Of a DNA stretch of 56,167 nucleotides, positions 27,037 to 35,028 are shown piece by piece. Numbering within the stretch: position 1 is the first letter of the stretch; the number at the start of each line of letters is the position of its first letter. The stretch is from Candidatus Peribacter sp. UBA6535 (GTDB taxonomy: Bacteria; Patescibacteriota; Gracilibacteria; Peribacterales; Peribacteraceae). The position numbers and the translations under genes are program-made. A model generated the notes under the pieces. It saw nothing but the letters and a program-made list of their open reading frames with translations, searched no databases and had not been told where the DNA came from. The stretch spans positions 1 through 56,167 of the forward strand of contig DJKT01000041.1 in assembly GCA_002436205.1 (NCBI GenBank). Direction: 5' to 3'.

Positions 27037-27983
27037 GCGTATTTCTCTTTGTACCATTCAATTGTCTCTTTTAATCCCTCTTCAAAGTTTACTTTTGGCT
27101 CCCAACCAAGAGTACGTGTTTGCGAACTATCTACAGCGTATCGCCAATCATGACCAAGGCGATCCTCTACAAAACTAATAAGATCATGTGGCTTTCCAAG
27201 AATATCAAGGATCATTTTTGCGACTTCGATATTCTCGTACTCTTTGTCGATACCTACATTAAAGATCTTTCGTTGATCAGACTTCCAGTCAACAGTAAGT
27301 AGTGTTTCGATGGCATCGCAATGATCTCCAACATAAATCCAGTCACGCTTATTTTTTCCTGTTCCGAATATAGGAATTGGCTGATTAGCTAATGCATTAC
27401 GAATAACTGTAGGGATAAACTTCTCATCAGCCTGATGCGAACCATAGTTATTTGTACATCGCGTAATAACAGCCTGTATATCGAATGTACGAATAGCAGC
27501 AAGTACCAACATTTCAGCAGCAGCCTTACTCGCAGAGTACGGTGAGCTGGGCCTCTGTGCATCCGTAACTTTGCAGGAAGGATCACTGTCTCCGACATCG
27601 CCATACACTTCATCGGTAGATATATGAAGAAGTCTGACTGCAGGATGTTCTTTCACTACTTCGATAATCGCCTGCGTCCCGATGACATTGGTATGAAGAA
27701 ACGGCGTCGCATCAGAAATAGAGTTATCGACGTGTGACTCTGCAGCAAAGTTTATAATCGTATCTATCGAATGATCTTCTACGAGCTTCGTAACCAAAGC
27801 TTGATCTGCGATGTCTCCTTCGACGAAGGTGATCTGATCTGCTATGGGATCTAAGAATGATTTGTCTGCTGCATAGGTTAATTTATCGAGTACAACAACA
27901 GAATCCTCTGGGTGACTAGCAACGTGACGAAGCACGAAATGTGACCCGATAAAGCCGGCCCCACCTGTAACTATAATATTCAT
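27033..27983 (-). CDS. rfbB: dTDP-glucose 4,6-dehydratase
   Basis: 316 aa. It contains MNIIVTGGAGFIGSHF, HISTDEVYG, YSASKAAAEML, and DWIYVGDHCDAI together with HDWRYAVD. Confidence 0.92.
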   Translation of the reverse strand: MNIIVTGGAGFIGSHFVLRHVASHPEDSVVVLDKLTYAADKSFLDPIADQITFVEGDIADQALVTKLVEDHSIDTIINFAAESHVDNSISDATPFLHTNVIGTQAIIEVVKEHPAVRLLHISTDEVYGDVGDSDPSCKVTDAQRPSSPYSASKAAAEMLVLAAIRTFDIQAVITRCTNNYGSHQADEKFIPTVIRNALANQPIPIFGTGKNKRDWIYVGDHCDAIETLLTVDWKSDQRKIFNVGIDKEYENIEVAKMILDILGKPHDLISFVEDRLGHDWRYAVDSSQTRTLGWEPKVNFEEGLKETIEWYKEKYA

Positions 27984-28085
27984 ACAAATTCAGTAAAGAG
28001 AGATTTAACCTGCCTGCCCTTCCGTAGCTCGGAGCGAAGCGAAGAGCGAAGGAGGGTAACGAGGAGGTTCATATACGAAAAGGAT

Positions 28086-28115
28086 ACCGAAGAATCCGAG
28101 GAAACCGAAGAATCC
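28086..28115. repeat. Direct repeat ACCGAAGAATCC x2 at 18-nt period in the rfbB/rfbA divergent intergenic region
   Basis: Copies lie at 28086-28097 and 28104-28115. They are preceded by a CGAAG-rich tract (gagcgaagcgaagagcgaagg). Confidence 0.85.
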
Positions 28116-28207
28116 AGGGAGTATTTATCATAGGATAAATTTGCAAAAAGTCAATTTTGGTGTAAAATCATAATCCAAATTATCCTATCTATCCTATAAT
28201 CCAAGTC

Positions 28208-28987
28208 ATGAAAGGAGTCCTCATCTGCGGCGGTCTTGGCACCAGGCTACTCCCTCTAACAGAGGTGACCAATAAGTCACTTCTGCCTGTGTATGACCAG
28301 CCACTTATCTTCTATCCTCTGCAGACTCTTCTGAGTGCAGGCATTGAAGAAATCATGGTCATTACAGGGCCTGAGAACATCGACCAGATGACCGGATTCC
28401 TTGGGAGTGGAAGCAAATTCAACTGCAAATTTACCTACCGTGTACAAGACGAACCAAAGGGTATTGCTCAAGCACTTGGCATGGCAGAAGAGTTTTCTGC
28501 AGGACAGGACATCTGTGCACTGCTTGGAGATAACATCTACTTCGATACTATCTCACAGCACATTCGCAGCTTTGCAGGAGGCGGACACATCTTTGTAAAA
28601 GAGGTGCAGGATCCAAAAAGATTCGGTGTTGTAGAAGTAGATGGTACCAAAGTGGTATCGATAGAAGAAAAGCCACAGCAGCCACGAAGCAACTTAGCCC
28701 AGACCGGATGCTACCTGTATGACAACCGCTGCTTCGAATTTATTCGTAACTTACAACCTTCCGATCGTGGAGAGTTAGAGATTACCGATGTGACGAAGTG
28801 GTACATGCAAAACGGCAAGCTTGGTTACACTGTGCTGCAAGATGAGTGGATTGATGCCGGAACTTTCGAGAGTCTACACAAGGCAGCCATTCTCGTTCGT
28901 GAACGAAAAATGGGGCAACACAAAGAACAAGTGCAAGAGACTGCACAAGCTGCTGCTCCACAACAACAACCTATGATAGGTCAGTAG
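28208..28987 (+). CDS. rfbA: Sugar-1-phosphate nucleotidylyltransferase (glucose-1-phosphate thymidylyltransferase-like, short form)
   Basis: 259 aa. It contains MKGVLICGGLGTRLLPLTEVTNKSLLPVYDQPLIFYPL, EPKGIAQAL, LGDNIY and VEEKPQQPRSNLAQTGCYLYD. It is divergent from rfbB. Confidence 0.8.
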   Translation: MKGVLICGGLGTRLLPLTEVTNKSLLPVYDQPLIFYPLQTLLSAGIEEIMVITGPENIDQMTGFLGSGSKFNCKFTYRVQDEPKGIAQALGMAEEFSAGQDICALLGDNIYFDTISQHIRSFAGGGHIFVKEVQDPKRFGVVEVDGTKVVSIEEKPQQPRSNLAQTGCYLYDNRCFEFIRNLQPSDRGELEITDVTKWYMQNGKLGYTVLQDEWIDAGTFESLHKAAILVRERKMGQHKEQVQETAQAAAPQQQPMIGQ

Positions 28988-30009
28988 AGCTGCGCGTACT
29001 TCCCTGCTATAACACCCCAATCAAACTGCTGCGCATGGGCAGCACCTCCTTCGGTTATACGGTTACAAAGATCTTCATCTTCCATTGCACGCTTGATGGC
29101 TTTTGTAGCCGCGGCAGAATCATTCGGCGGTACGATAAGCCCTGTACGTTCATGTTCGATAATATCCGGAATGCCACCAACAGATGTACCAATAACAGCG
29201 CAGCCCGCAGCCTGTGCTTCTAGAAAGACATTGCCAAGAGCTTCACTGCGAGACAATCCACAAAACACCTGTGCTGCTGCATACTCCTGCGCAATCCTCT
29301 CCGGTTGTACGTATCCCAAAAACTCCACTCGGTCTGTAATGCCTAACTCTGTTGTTAATTTGCTAAGCAACTTCTTCTGCGATCCATCTCCCACAATATG
29401 GAGCGTAGCTCCGGGAATCTCTGCGACAGCTTTAAGAAGAGTATCAATCCCCTTCATGCGTTCAAGACGGCCGACAAAGAGAATGCTGCCGGGTACACGC
29501 TCTACTCTCAGCCGTGCATCGCAAAGAAGATCCGATTTGATTCCATTGGAAATAAGATGCACTTCCTCTCTCCCAAGTTCTGCAAGTGTCTGCTTAAGTG
29601 TGCGACTAATACAGGTAACCACTCCAGCAGATCGAACGATAAATCCCTTAAGGAAACTTCTATTGGTTGTCTGGCATGTGAGGATCTTCTTTGGAGCTTT
29701 GCAAAATACCAGTGCAAGGCCTGCAAACGTTTCGAGTACTGCATGTACGACGTCTGGCTTGAGCTTGTTTGAAGCAATGGGAGCCAGAAACGGAAACAAC
29801 CACTTATCAAATGTAGAACCAAACCCAACTCTTACGATAGGAATTTTTCCTTGTAACATGTCTTTCTTTGGCAAGTCCTTGCGCATCCTTGCTGTAACAA
29901 TTGTAAAATCAAATTGGTCTTTAAGCGCCAGTGGTACCTCTTCTGCACAGGCTTCAGCCCCCGACCGCATAGGAGTTAAGAATGCCGATAGAATTACAAT
30001 CTTCTTCAT
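28981..30009 (-). CDS. Glycosyltransferase family 4
   Basis: 342 aa with LFVGRLERMKGIDTLLKA and SRSEALGNVFLEAQAAGCAVIGTSVGGIPDII. The ATG overlaps the upstream stop (ATGA). Confidence 0.85.
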   Translation of the reverse strand: MKKIVILSAFLTPMRSGAEACAEEVPLALKDQFDFTIVTARMRKDLPKKDMLQGKIPIVRVGFGSTFDKWLFPFLAPIASNKLKPDVVHAVLETFAGLALVFCKAPKKILTCQTTNRSFLKGFIVRSAGVVTCISRTLKQTLAELGREEVHLISNGIKSDLLCDARLRVERVPGSILFVGRLERMKGIDTLLKAVAEIPGATLHIVGDGSQKKLLSKLTTELGITDRVEFLGYVQPERIAQEYAAAQVFCGLSRSEALGNVFLEAQAAGCAVIGTSVGGIPDIIEHERTGLIVPPNDSAAATKAIKRAMEDEDLCNRITEGGAAHAQQFDWGVIAGKYAQLY

Positions 30010-31160
30010 ACAGATTCAAAGAACTTTGTATACATCTTACCTACTTTCTCCCAACTAAAGTGCTCATCAATTCTTTTTCGTGCAGCTTCACCCATCATCT
30101 TTCGCTTCGAAGGATCTTCAATCAAACGAGCTACATGCGCACGCAGCGCCTCTCTATCTCCTGCCGGAAAGCAGAGACCGGAAACTCCGTTTTGCACGAG
30201 ATACGTATTACCTCCCACTTCGGAAACCACGCACGCACATCCGCTACTCATCGCCTCCATGATTGCATTAGAGAGTCCTTCACTGTGACTGGGCATAACA
30301 AAAATATCCGTCGCACCCAACACATCCGGGATGTCTTTTCGTAGTCCCGTGAACTTCACGTCACGTTGATACTCCTCTACAAGTGGATGCTTGTCTTTAT
30401 ACCAACCTACTACCTGTAGCTTAAGATTTGCATGATCTTTTTTGAGTGGAACAAGAGCCGCCAAGAAATCATCAACCCCTTTAATGGATTCGAGTCGTCC
30501 TACATACGATACAACGATCTCATTATTCTTATTTTCGTATTTCGTATTTCGTATTTCGTATTTCGAAGCATCGATCCCCGTTGGAATCACCTGCGTCTTT
30601 TTGTGAATCAGAAGGTGGCGCAATAAACACGTTGGCTGCGGATGAAATGTCACTACACGTGAAGCACACAAGAGGATCAACCAACCGCCAGTCCAAGCGT
30701 AAATCGCAGCACACACTTTTGGTAGCCATCCACGTGGCCACCAATTGATACCCACAAAGGCATCCGTCAGTACTAAAACTTTATAACCAGTAAGCCGCAG
30801 AGCAATCGTACAAAATGATGTCCAAAATAGAAGCTTGTTTACAACAATGTGATCTGGCTTTTCTGACTTGATCAATTTTCGAACGTATCCCGTAAACCCA
30901 AGAGCGATCCCATAATTCCACGGATCCTTTAAGAAAATATCCTGCATCCGATGAATCTCAAGAGTCTCCGAAACTTTTTCAACATGGATTCGTTTTCTTT
31001 TTCCACTTTCCACTTTCCACTTTCCACTTTTTAAATCCCCCATACATACAACAATTACCGAATAGCCAATCCTCTGCCATAACTCCGCCAATTTAAAAGA
31101 GCTCACCATCCAGCGATGCGGCTCCTTCCAGTACGGAGAGATGAGGAGAATAGTCTTCAT
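30006..31160 (-). CDS. Glycosyltransferase family 4 carrying two internal heptanucleotide repeat tracts
   Basis: 384 aa with SYVGRLESIKGVDDFLAA and PSHSEGLSNAIMEAMSSGCACVVSEVGGNTYLV. Confidence 0.85.
   Translation of the reverse strand: MKTILLISPYWKEPHRWMVSSFKLAELWQRIGYSVIVVCMGDLKSGKWKVESGKRKRIHVEKVSETLEIHRMQDIFLKDPWNYGIALGFTGYVRKLIKSEKPDHIVVNKLLFWTSFCTIALRLTGYKVLVLTDAFVGINWWPRGWLPKVCAAIYAWTGGWLILLCASRVVTFHPQPTCLLRHLLIHKKTQVIPTGIDASKYEIRNTKYENKNNEIVVSYVGRLESIKGVDDFLAALVPLKKDHANLKLQVVGWYKDKHPLVEEYQRDVKFTGLRKDIPDVLGATDIFVMPSHSEGLSNAIMEAMSSGCACVVSEVGGNTYLVQNGVSGLCFPAGDREALRAHVARLIEDPSKRKMMGEAARKRIDEHFSWEKVGKMYTKFFESV
30533..30566. repeat. Heptanucleotide tandem repeat TTTCGTA x4 plus one imperfect unit, inside the GT4 CDS
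   Basis: Perfect units lie at 30533-30539, 30540-30546, 30547-30553 and 30554-30560, followed by tttcga. On the coding strand this is (TACGAAA)n, encoding KYEIRNTKYE. Confidence 0.95.
31001..31028. repeat. Heptanucleotide tandem repeat TTCCACT x4, inside the same GT4 CDS
   Basis: Perfect units lie at 31001-31007, 31008-31014, 31015-31021 and 31022-31028. On the coding strand this is (AGTGGAA)n, encoding SGKWKVESGK. Confidence 0.95.
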
Positions 31161-31162
31161 AA

Positions 31163-31501
31163 TTACTTCTTATCAAGATCTTTGAGAGCGAGCTTGCGGA
31201 TGACTCGTGTCTGGCGCTGTTCCATAGCTTCTATGCGAACAATAATGTAGAAAACAATGAAGAGTAAAATAGCGATAGTTGTAATGAGTACTGCATTCTC
31301 TCGATCTTTAATACCGGTAAATTTTGAAAGGTAATCCAGTACATCAGGATACAGGGCAATCGCTACTATGCTTCCCCAGAATACTGTCCAGAGGATTGCT
31401 TCCCAAAGAGTTTTCTTCTGTCGAAATACAAGATTCCATGCGTAGGAAACAGCGATGAACCCAGCCAGTGGTGTAATGATTTGATAAGCAGTAAACTCCA
31501 T
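31163..31501 (-). CDS. DUF2304-like small membrane protein (GT2 accessory)
   Basis: 112 aa with 3-4 TM segments and a charged C-terminal helix (EAMEQRQTRVIRKLALKDL). It lies 3 nt downstream of a GT2 gene, which is the usual DUF2304 context. Confidence 0.6.
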   Translation of the reverse strand: MEFTAYQIITPLAGFIAVSYAWNLVFRQKKTLWEAILWTVFWGSIVAIALYPDVLDYLSKFTGIKDRENAVLITTIAILLFIVFYIIVRIEAMEQRQTRVIRKLALKDLDKK

Positions 31502-31504
31502 GAT

Positions 31505-32173
31505 TTAGCGGAGAAAGGAACGAAGAAGAATTTTTAAAGCAGTGCGAACACCATTGGCAAACGACTGGCCTTTGGCAAGAGTATATTCAGAATACAAAAC
31601 TTTCGCAGGCACTTCTGCAACACGCCAACGATGTTGGGTGCATTCACGAACAATCTCAGTACAAAACTCATACCCACTCATGCGCAAATCTATCTGCCGT
31701 ACCGCTTTCGGTCCAAATACCTTAAAGCCACACTGGCTATCGCGTACCCACTTTCCGGTTGCTACGAATGTAATGACATTTCCAAGACCATTAAAGAGTC
31801 GCCTTATAAACGGAATATTGTTGCGTAGACCAAAACGATTAGCAAAAGCTATATCTGCTTTATCTTCTTTGATGGGCTTTAAAAGAGCAGGGATGTCGTC
31901 TGAATTGTGTTGTTCATCTGCATCAAGAGTGACGATAATCTGTGCCTTAAGCTCTCTTGCTGCATCAATACCAGTCATCGTTGCAGCGCCAGCACCACAG
32001 TTTTCTATATGCGTTAGTACTATAGCTCCTGCTTTCTCTGCAGACTTCGCAGTATCATCTGTAGATCCATCATTTACCACGACCACTAGATCGACATATT
32101 TCTTTGCCTCAGCGACTACTTTGCCAACGCGCTTACCTTCATTATAGGCCGGTATGACAGCAATAATTCGCAT
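31505..32173 (-). CDS. Glycosyltransferase family 2 (polyprenyl-phosphate glycosyl synthase-like, GtrB/DPM1-like)
   Basis: 222 aa with MRIIAVIPAYNEGKRV, VVVNDGSTDDT, VTLDADEQH and DSQCGFKVF. The ATG overlaps the upstream stop (TAATG). Confidence 0.88.
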   Translation of the reverse strand: MRIIAVIPAYNEGKRVGKVVAEAKKYVDLVVVVNDGSTDDTAKSAEKAGAIVLTHIENCGAGAATMTGIDAARELKAQIIVTLDADEQHNSDDIPALLKPIKEDKADIAFANRFGLRNNIPFIRRLFNGLGNVITFVATGKWVRDSQCGFKVFGPKAVRQIDLRMSGYEFCTEIVRECTQHRWRVAEVPAKVLYSEYTLAKGQSFANGVRTALKILLRSFLR

Positions 32174-34953
32174 TATGGAATAAGGAGGAAGACAATACCA
32201 CCACTCGGATCATAGATCACAACATCAAGACCTGCCTCTGGACTATTGAGAAAATCTGTCAGCACCTTCACTTTTTGATGCAAAGAACCATTGAGATCCT
32301 TTTCGATAGTGGCTGTATTCGTATCAAAGACAATGCTATTGAATCCCAGTGCCTTTATTCTCTGAAGTGTAATTGCAGGATCACGCTCTTGGTGTAAACA
32401 GTTAAATGTATCAAGTTGATGATCAGTGACACCTATCACCTCCAAATTCTTTGGAACAAAGTACGGTATAAACGTACCAATGCGATACAGCAGTGGTCGA
32501 TCTGGCATGAGTTTTCTGCGCTGCAAAACAGTATCCGTAATGTCATCGTAGTGTGGAATGGTTCTTTCTCGAATAGTTTCTGCAGAGATCTTTCCGATAG
32601 GATATTCAAAGAGATTCTTCTGAGTATCAAACTGCCAGAAGCGCATTCCAAGACACGTAAGCAGAGACAATACAATAAAGATGCCTGCCACTGTACGTGT
32701 AAGCCTGTCTGGTGCTTTGGCTACCAGTGCCTCCAAGCAAATCACAAGACCTAAGAATGTGGCAATGCCATACCACGGCACACCATTGGCAAAGAAGACC
32801 CACTGAACAAGCAAGAAAAGTGTCGTCACCCACATCCACCGTAGCCACCTACCTCCTGTCTTCCAGAAAAATGGCAAAAGAAGAAGAAGTGGGAACAGTA
32901 GAAGTGCGGACTGCGTTGTGACGTAATATCCCGCATGATCTAAGTTCATTACAGATCTCCACGGCAGCATGAGGTAGTGACTCCAGCCTTTGTGCGTTCC
33001 CCAATAGCGATCAAGCTCTTCTTTTCCTGCTGTAGAAATACAATTCTTGTGATTTGGATCTGTTGCAAGTTCCAGAGGAAGGGAATACGGAGTATTCGAG
33101 TTTGTCCCTGATTGATCAATAACAGGAGTCAGTATATTTGGTGCCTTAAGTGCAAATCTTGGTACGACATTGCCATGCTGAATATTGTTGTGCTCCATCC
33201 ACGGAAAGACCACAATAGCGAACCCCGCTACAAAGAGTAATGCAGTCACAATGGCGCTCTTCATAGTGTTCGGCTTTAGTTTTGCAGCGATGCCAAATAA
33301 CACACATCCAATAGCTCCAAAGAGAATGATCAAGACGAGAGGAGTGATGAAACCAGGGTCTATGTTCACCTTTTCTGATATGCGCGCGACACTAATTAAA
33401 TCTTGTTTTACAAAGACAACAAGTGCAAAGAACACGGCTGCAGGATACGCTATCCAGTGCATTGTCGCACCAAGAATTACTGTACCCAAAGCCATAAATA
33501 CCATAATGGAAGTAATCTTCATGGAGAACGCGAGGCCTACAAATAGTCCTGCAATAAAAATCCACTTGCGCTGTAACGATCGATTCTCAGTAATGTGCAA
33601 AAGTCCTTCGAGTACGCAGAAGATTGCCAGTGCAGATATGGCAAACACTGCATTGTCGATCTTCATATCGGCAAATGAAAAGTGTCCAACCAGAGGCAAT
33701 GAGTAATACAGCGTTGCAGCTAATATTCCTCTACCGGGACCCATAAACACACGCCCAAAGAGATAGATAGCAAAGATAGCCAACACTCCTTGGAACCAGT
33801 TAATAATCAAAGAGGCCGTTGCGCCAAAGGTGCTTTCATATCCAAAGAGCAAAAATCCAAGAGACGTTAAGTACTCCCACTGAAAACTCTGCATAGAATG
33901 AACGAACCTTCCGTAACTTACGAGAAGCCGCGGTCGATTTAGATAACTTCCCAAGTCATCCCATCCAATAGGAAATGGGCGAACAACATTAATGTAATTG
34001 AAAGCTAAATAGCTTAAGAGGAACCAAATCAAAAGTACCAAAAGGCTATGCCATCGCACGGTAAACGACCACTTGGTATAGAGAAACTTCTCTATCCAAT
34101 GCTGTGCATCTTTAAATCCAATTGCCGGAATAGCGAGTATCAAGAACCATCCAAATAATGCAGTGTACATATGTGCCACAGCACCAATCCACAGAAGTAC
34201 TATCCATACTCCAGCGCCAAACCCTAGAGACAGTACAAACTCTGTAAACGTAAACTGCAACTGGAAGCGCAAAAGCTTGCGTAGTACAAATCGCCCTGCA
34301 ACAAGAAACTCAAACGCAAGAAGTAACAGGAAGAGCATCGGTGGTAATACCCTAGTAAAGAACGATTTCTGGATACACACCGTGCTAATTTTGCTCGCTT
34401 CTGCGACTCCACCAAATACTCCAATACGTTTTAGGCATCCACGTTCTTTAAGCTCGGAATAATTTTTCTGTAATGCAATCAACGCCTCTTTCCCCGCACC
34501 CTTATAAACTTCTGCCTTAGGCTCGACAATGGTATTCATAGTCACTGGCCCATTTTGCATGACGCTCACACATGTAAAGATGAGCCACACCATTCCTACA
34601 AAGAGAATGCACATCTTCCATGGAGTCATAGTCCATCGTAGATTTAGATCTTTTTTACGTACATATCCCCATGCAACTGCAAGTGCATACACTGCAGCAC
34701 AAATACCGGTATACCAGATAAAGTGTGGTAAACGTGTAAGAGTATGCGAGAGAAAGGGAAAGAACGAATTAAACCCTCTGCAGATATACGCATTTGGATC
34801 ACAAAGTGCCCCTAGCGACTCCTGTGCTTCTTGGGAAAGCAATACTGCTCCATGTACAGGAACACCTAAATAGAGGAAGAACGTCCAAGCACCCCAGAGG
34901 AGTAACCCTAGAAATAAGCCAATGGAAAGCATTTGTTCAGTACGTCTGCGCAT
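32173..34953 (-). CDS. Very large GT-C-like polytopic membrane glycosyltransferase (ArnT/PMT-like)
   Basis: About 926 aa from ATG 34953; the track start at 34971 is a TTG and ATG 34932 is also possible. There are more than 15 hydrophobic helices, and an acidic loop motif (PFPIGWDDLGSYLNRP) precedes a PMT_2-like core. It is the first gene of the operon that contains GT2 and DUF2304. Confidence 0.6.
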   Translation of the reverse strand: MRRRTEQMLSIGLFLGLLLWGAWTFFLYLGVPVHGAVLLSQEAQESLGALCDPNAYICRGFNSFFPFLSHTLTRLPHFIWYTGICAAVYALAVAWGYVRKKDLNLRWTMTPWKMCILFVGMVWLIFTCVSVMQNGPVTMNTIVEPKAEVYKGAGKEALIALQKNYSELKERGCLKRIGVFGGVAEASKISTVCIQKSFFTRVLPPMLFLLLLAFEFLVAGRFVLRKLLRFQLQFTFTEFVLSLGFGAGVWIVLLWIGAVAHMYTALFGWFLILAIPAIGFKDAQHWIEKFLYTKWSFTVRWHSLLVLLIWFLLSYLAFNYINVVRPFPIGWDDLGSYLNRPRLLVSYGRFVHSMQSFQWEYLTSLGFLLFGYESTFGATASLIINWFQGVLAIFAIYLFGRVFMGPGRGILAATLYYSLPLVGHFSFADMKIDNAVFAISALAIFCVLEGLLHITENRSLQRKWIFIAGLFVGLAFSMKITSIMVFMALGTVILGATMHWIAYPAAVFFALVVFVKQDLISVARISEKVNIDPGFITPLVLIILFGAIGCVLFGIAAKLKPNTMKSAIVTALLFVAGFAIVVFPWMEHNNIQHGNVVPRFALKAPNILTPVIDQSGTNSNTPYSLPLELATDPNHKNCISTAGKEELDRYWGTHKGWSHYLMLPWRSVMNLDHAGYYVTTQSALLLFPLLLLLPFFWKTGGRWLRWMWVTTLFLLVQWVFFANGVPWYGIATFLGLVICLEALVAKAPDRLTRTVAGIFIVLSLLTCLGMRFWQFDTQKNLFEYPIGKISAETIRERTIPHYDDITDTVLQRRKLMPDRPLLYRIGTFIPYFVPKNLEVIGVTDHQLDTFNCLHQERDPAITLQRIKALGFNSIVFDTNTATIEKDLNGSLHQKVKVLTDFLNSPEAGLDVVIYDPSGGIVFLLIP

Positions 34954-35028
34954 CAGAAGTAGCCTATACAAGAATCTAAGCCTAAGCGAGGGAAATATAG
35001 GGTAGATCTGCTACTCTTTCATCTCAGA

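Noticed and set aside
29093-30058. 321-aa plus-strand ORF antisense to the GT4 gene 28981..30009
   Set aside because: The product is low-complexity and Ser/Thr/Pro/Ala/Arg-rich with no motifs. The opposite strand encodes a clear GT4 enzyme with the EX7E motif. This is a typical shadow ORF.
30533-31028. Possibility that the short tandem repeats represent a CRISPR array
   Set aside because: The units are only 7 nt and directly abutting with no spacers. They lie inside an intact GT4 coding sequence, and there are no cas genes in the window.
31542-32147. 201-aa plus-strand ORF antisense to the GT2 gene
   Set aside because: This is a shadow ORF opposite a GT2 gene with textbook motifs (AYNE, DGSTDDT, DADEQH).
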